From: Candidatus Asbonarchaeum danakilense
GTDB taxonomy: Archaea > Nanohalarchaeota > Nanosalinia > Nanosalinales > Nanoanaerosalinaceae
Assembly: GCA_034190465.1 (NCBI GenBank)
Contig: JAXINV010000001.1
Span: 3,804 to 19,735, forward strand
Reading direction: 5' to 3'
Length of the DNA stretch: 15,932 nucleotides
A program made the translations under genes and the position numbers. Positions 15,785 to 15,932 of the stretch are shown here, in pieces. Each line of letters begins with the position of its first letter. Position 1 is the stretch's first letter. The notes beneath the pieces were generated by a model that saw only the letters and a program-made list of their open reading frames with translations, made no database searches and was not told where the DNA came from.

Positions 15785-15932
15785 ATGCGACCGGCCGAGT
15801 TCGAACGGAAGGCGGACACGATCGAGACCTTTGTCGGGCTTGCTGAAACCTATGACGATCTGATCCGGCAGCACCGTGATGGTGATGTGGCGACGGAACG
15901 CGTTGAGCGCTACATCACGGAAGGCCTGACGG
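15785..15932 (+). CDS. Hypothetical protein, 5' part (truncated at window edge)
   Basis: MRPAEFERKADTIETFVGLAETYDDLIRQHRDGDVATERVERYITEGLT..., open to the edge, ATG about 24 nt after a TTTTTAA box. Confidence 0.7.
   Translation, partial: MRPAEFERKADTIETFVGLAETYDDLIRQHRDGDVATERVERYITEGLT

Noticed and set aside
15762..15863. Alternative ATG at 15762
   Set aside because: It lies immediately after the TATA box, upstream of the expected TSS, and gives a short non-acidic peptide. ATG 15785 fits better.

Overview
GC-rich window whose proteins are strongly acidic (D/E-rich) and whose genes are preceded by archaeal TATA-like boxes, often about 22-25 nt before the ATG. This points to a halophilic archaeon; a nanohaloarchaeal (DPANN) origin is my inference only. 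From left to right: a translationally coupled AddA/AddB-like pair on the minus strand (SF1 helicase fused to a RecB-type nuclease, truncated at the left edge, plus a PD-(D/E)XK nuclease with a degenerate helicase-like N-terminus); an archaeal cytidylate-kinase-like gene; a divergent grpE-dnaK-DUF488-dnaJ operon with a perfect 10-bp inverted repeat at its promoter; a 48-aa small ORF missing from the ORF track; a nitroreductase; an orphan membrane protein; a CPA2 cation/H+ antiporter; a small wHTH-like protein; an acidic TraB/ChaN-like protein; an MFS transporter; and the start of another gene at the right edge. I saw no rRNA, tRNA, CRISPR array or transposase. The best leads are the archaeal AddAB-like machine lacking the Fe-S staple, the DUF488 gene coupled into the Hsp70 operon, several operator-like palindromes and the small ORF.
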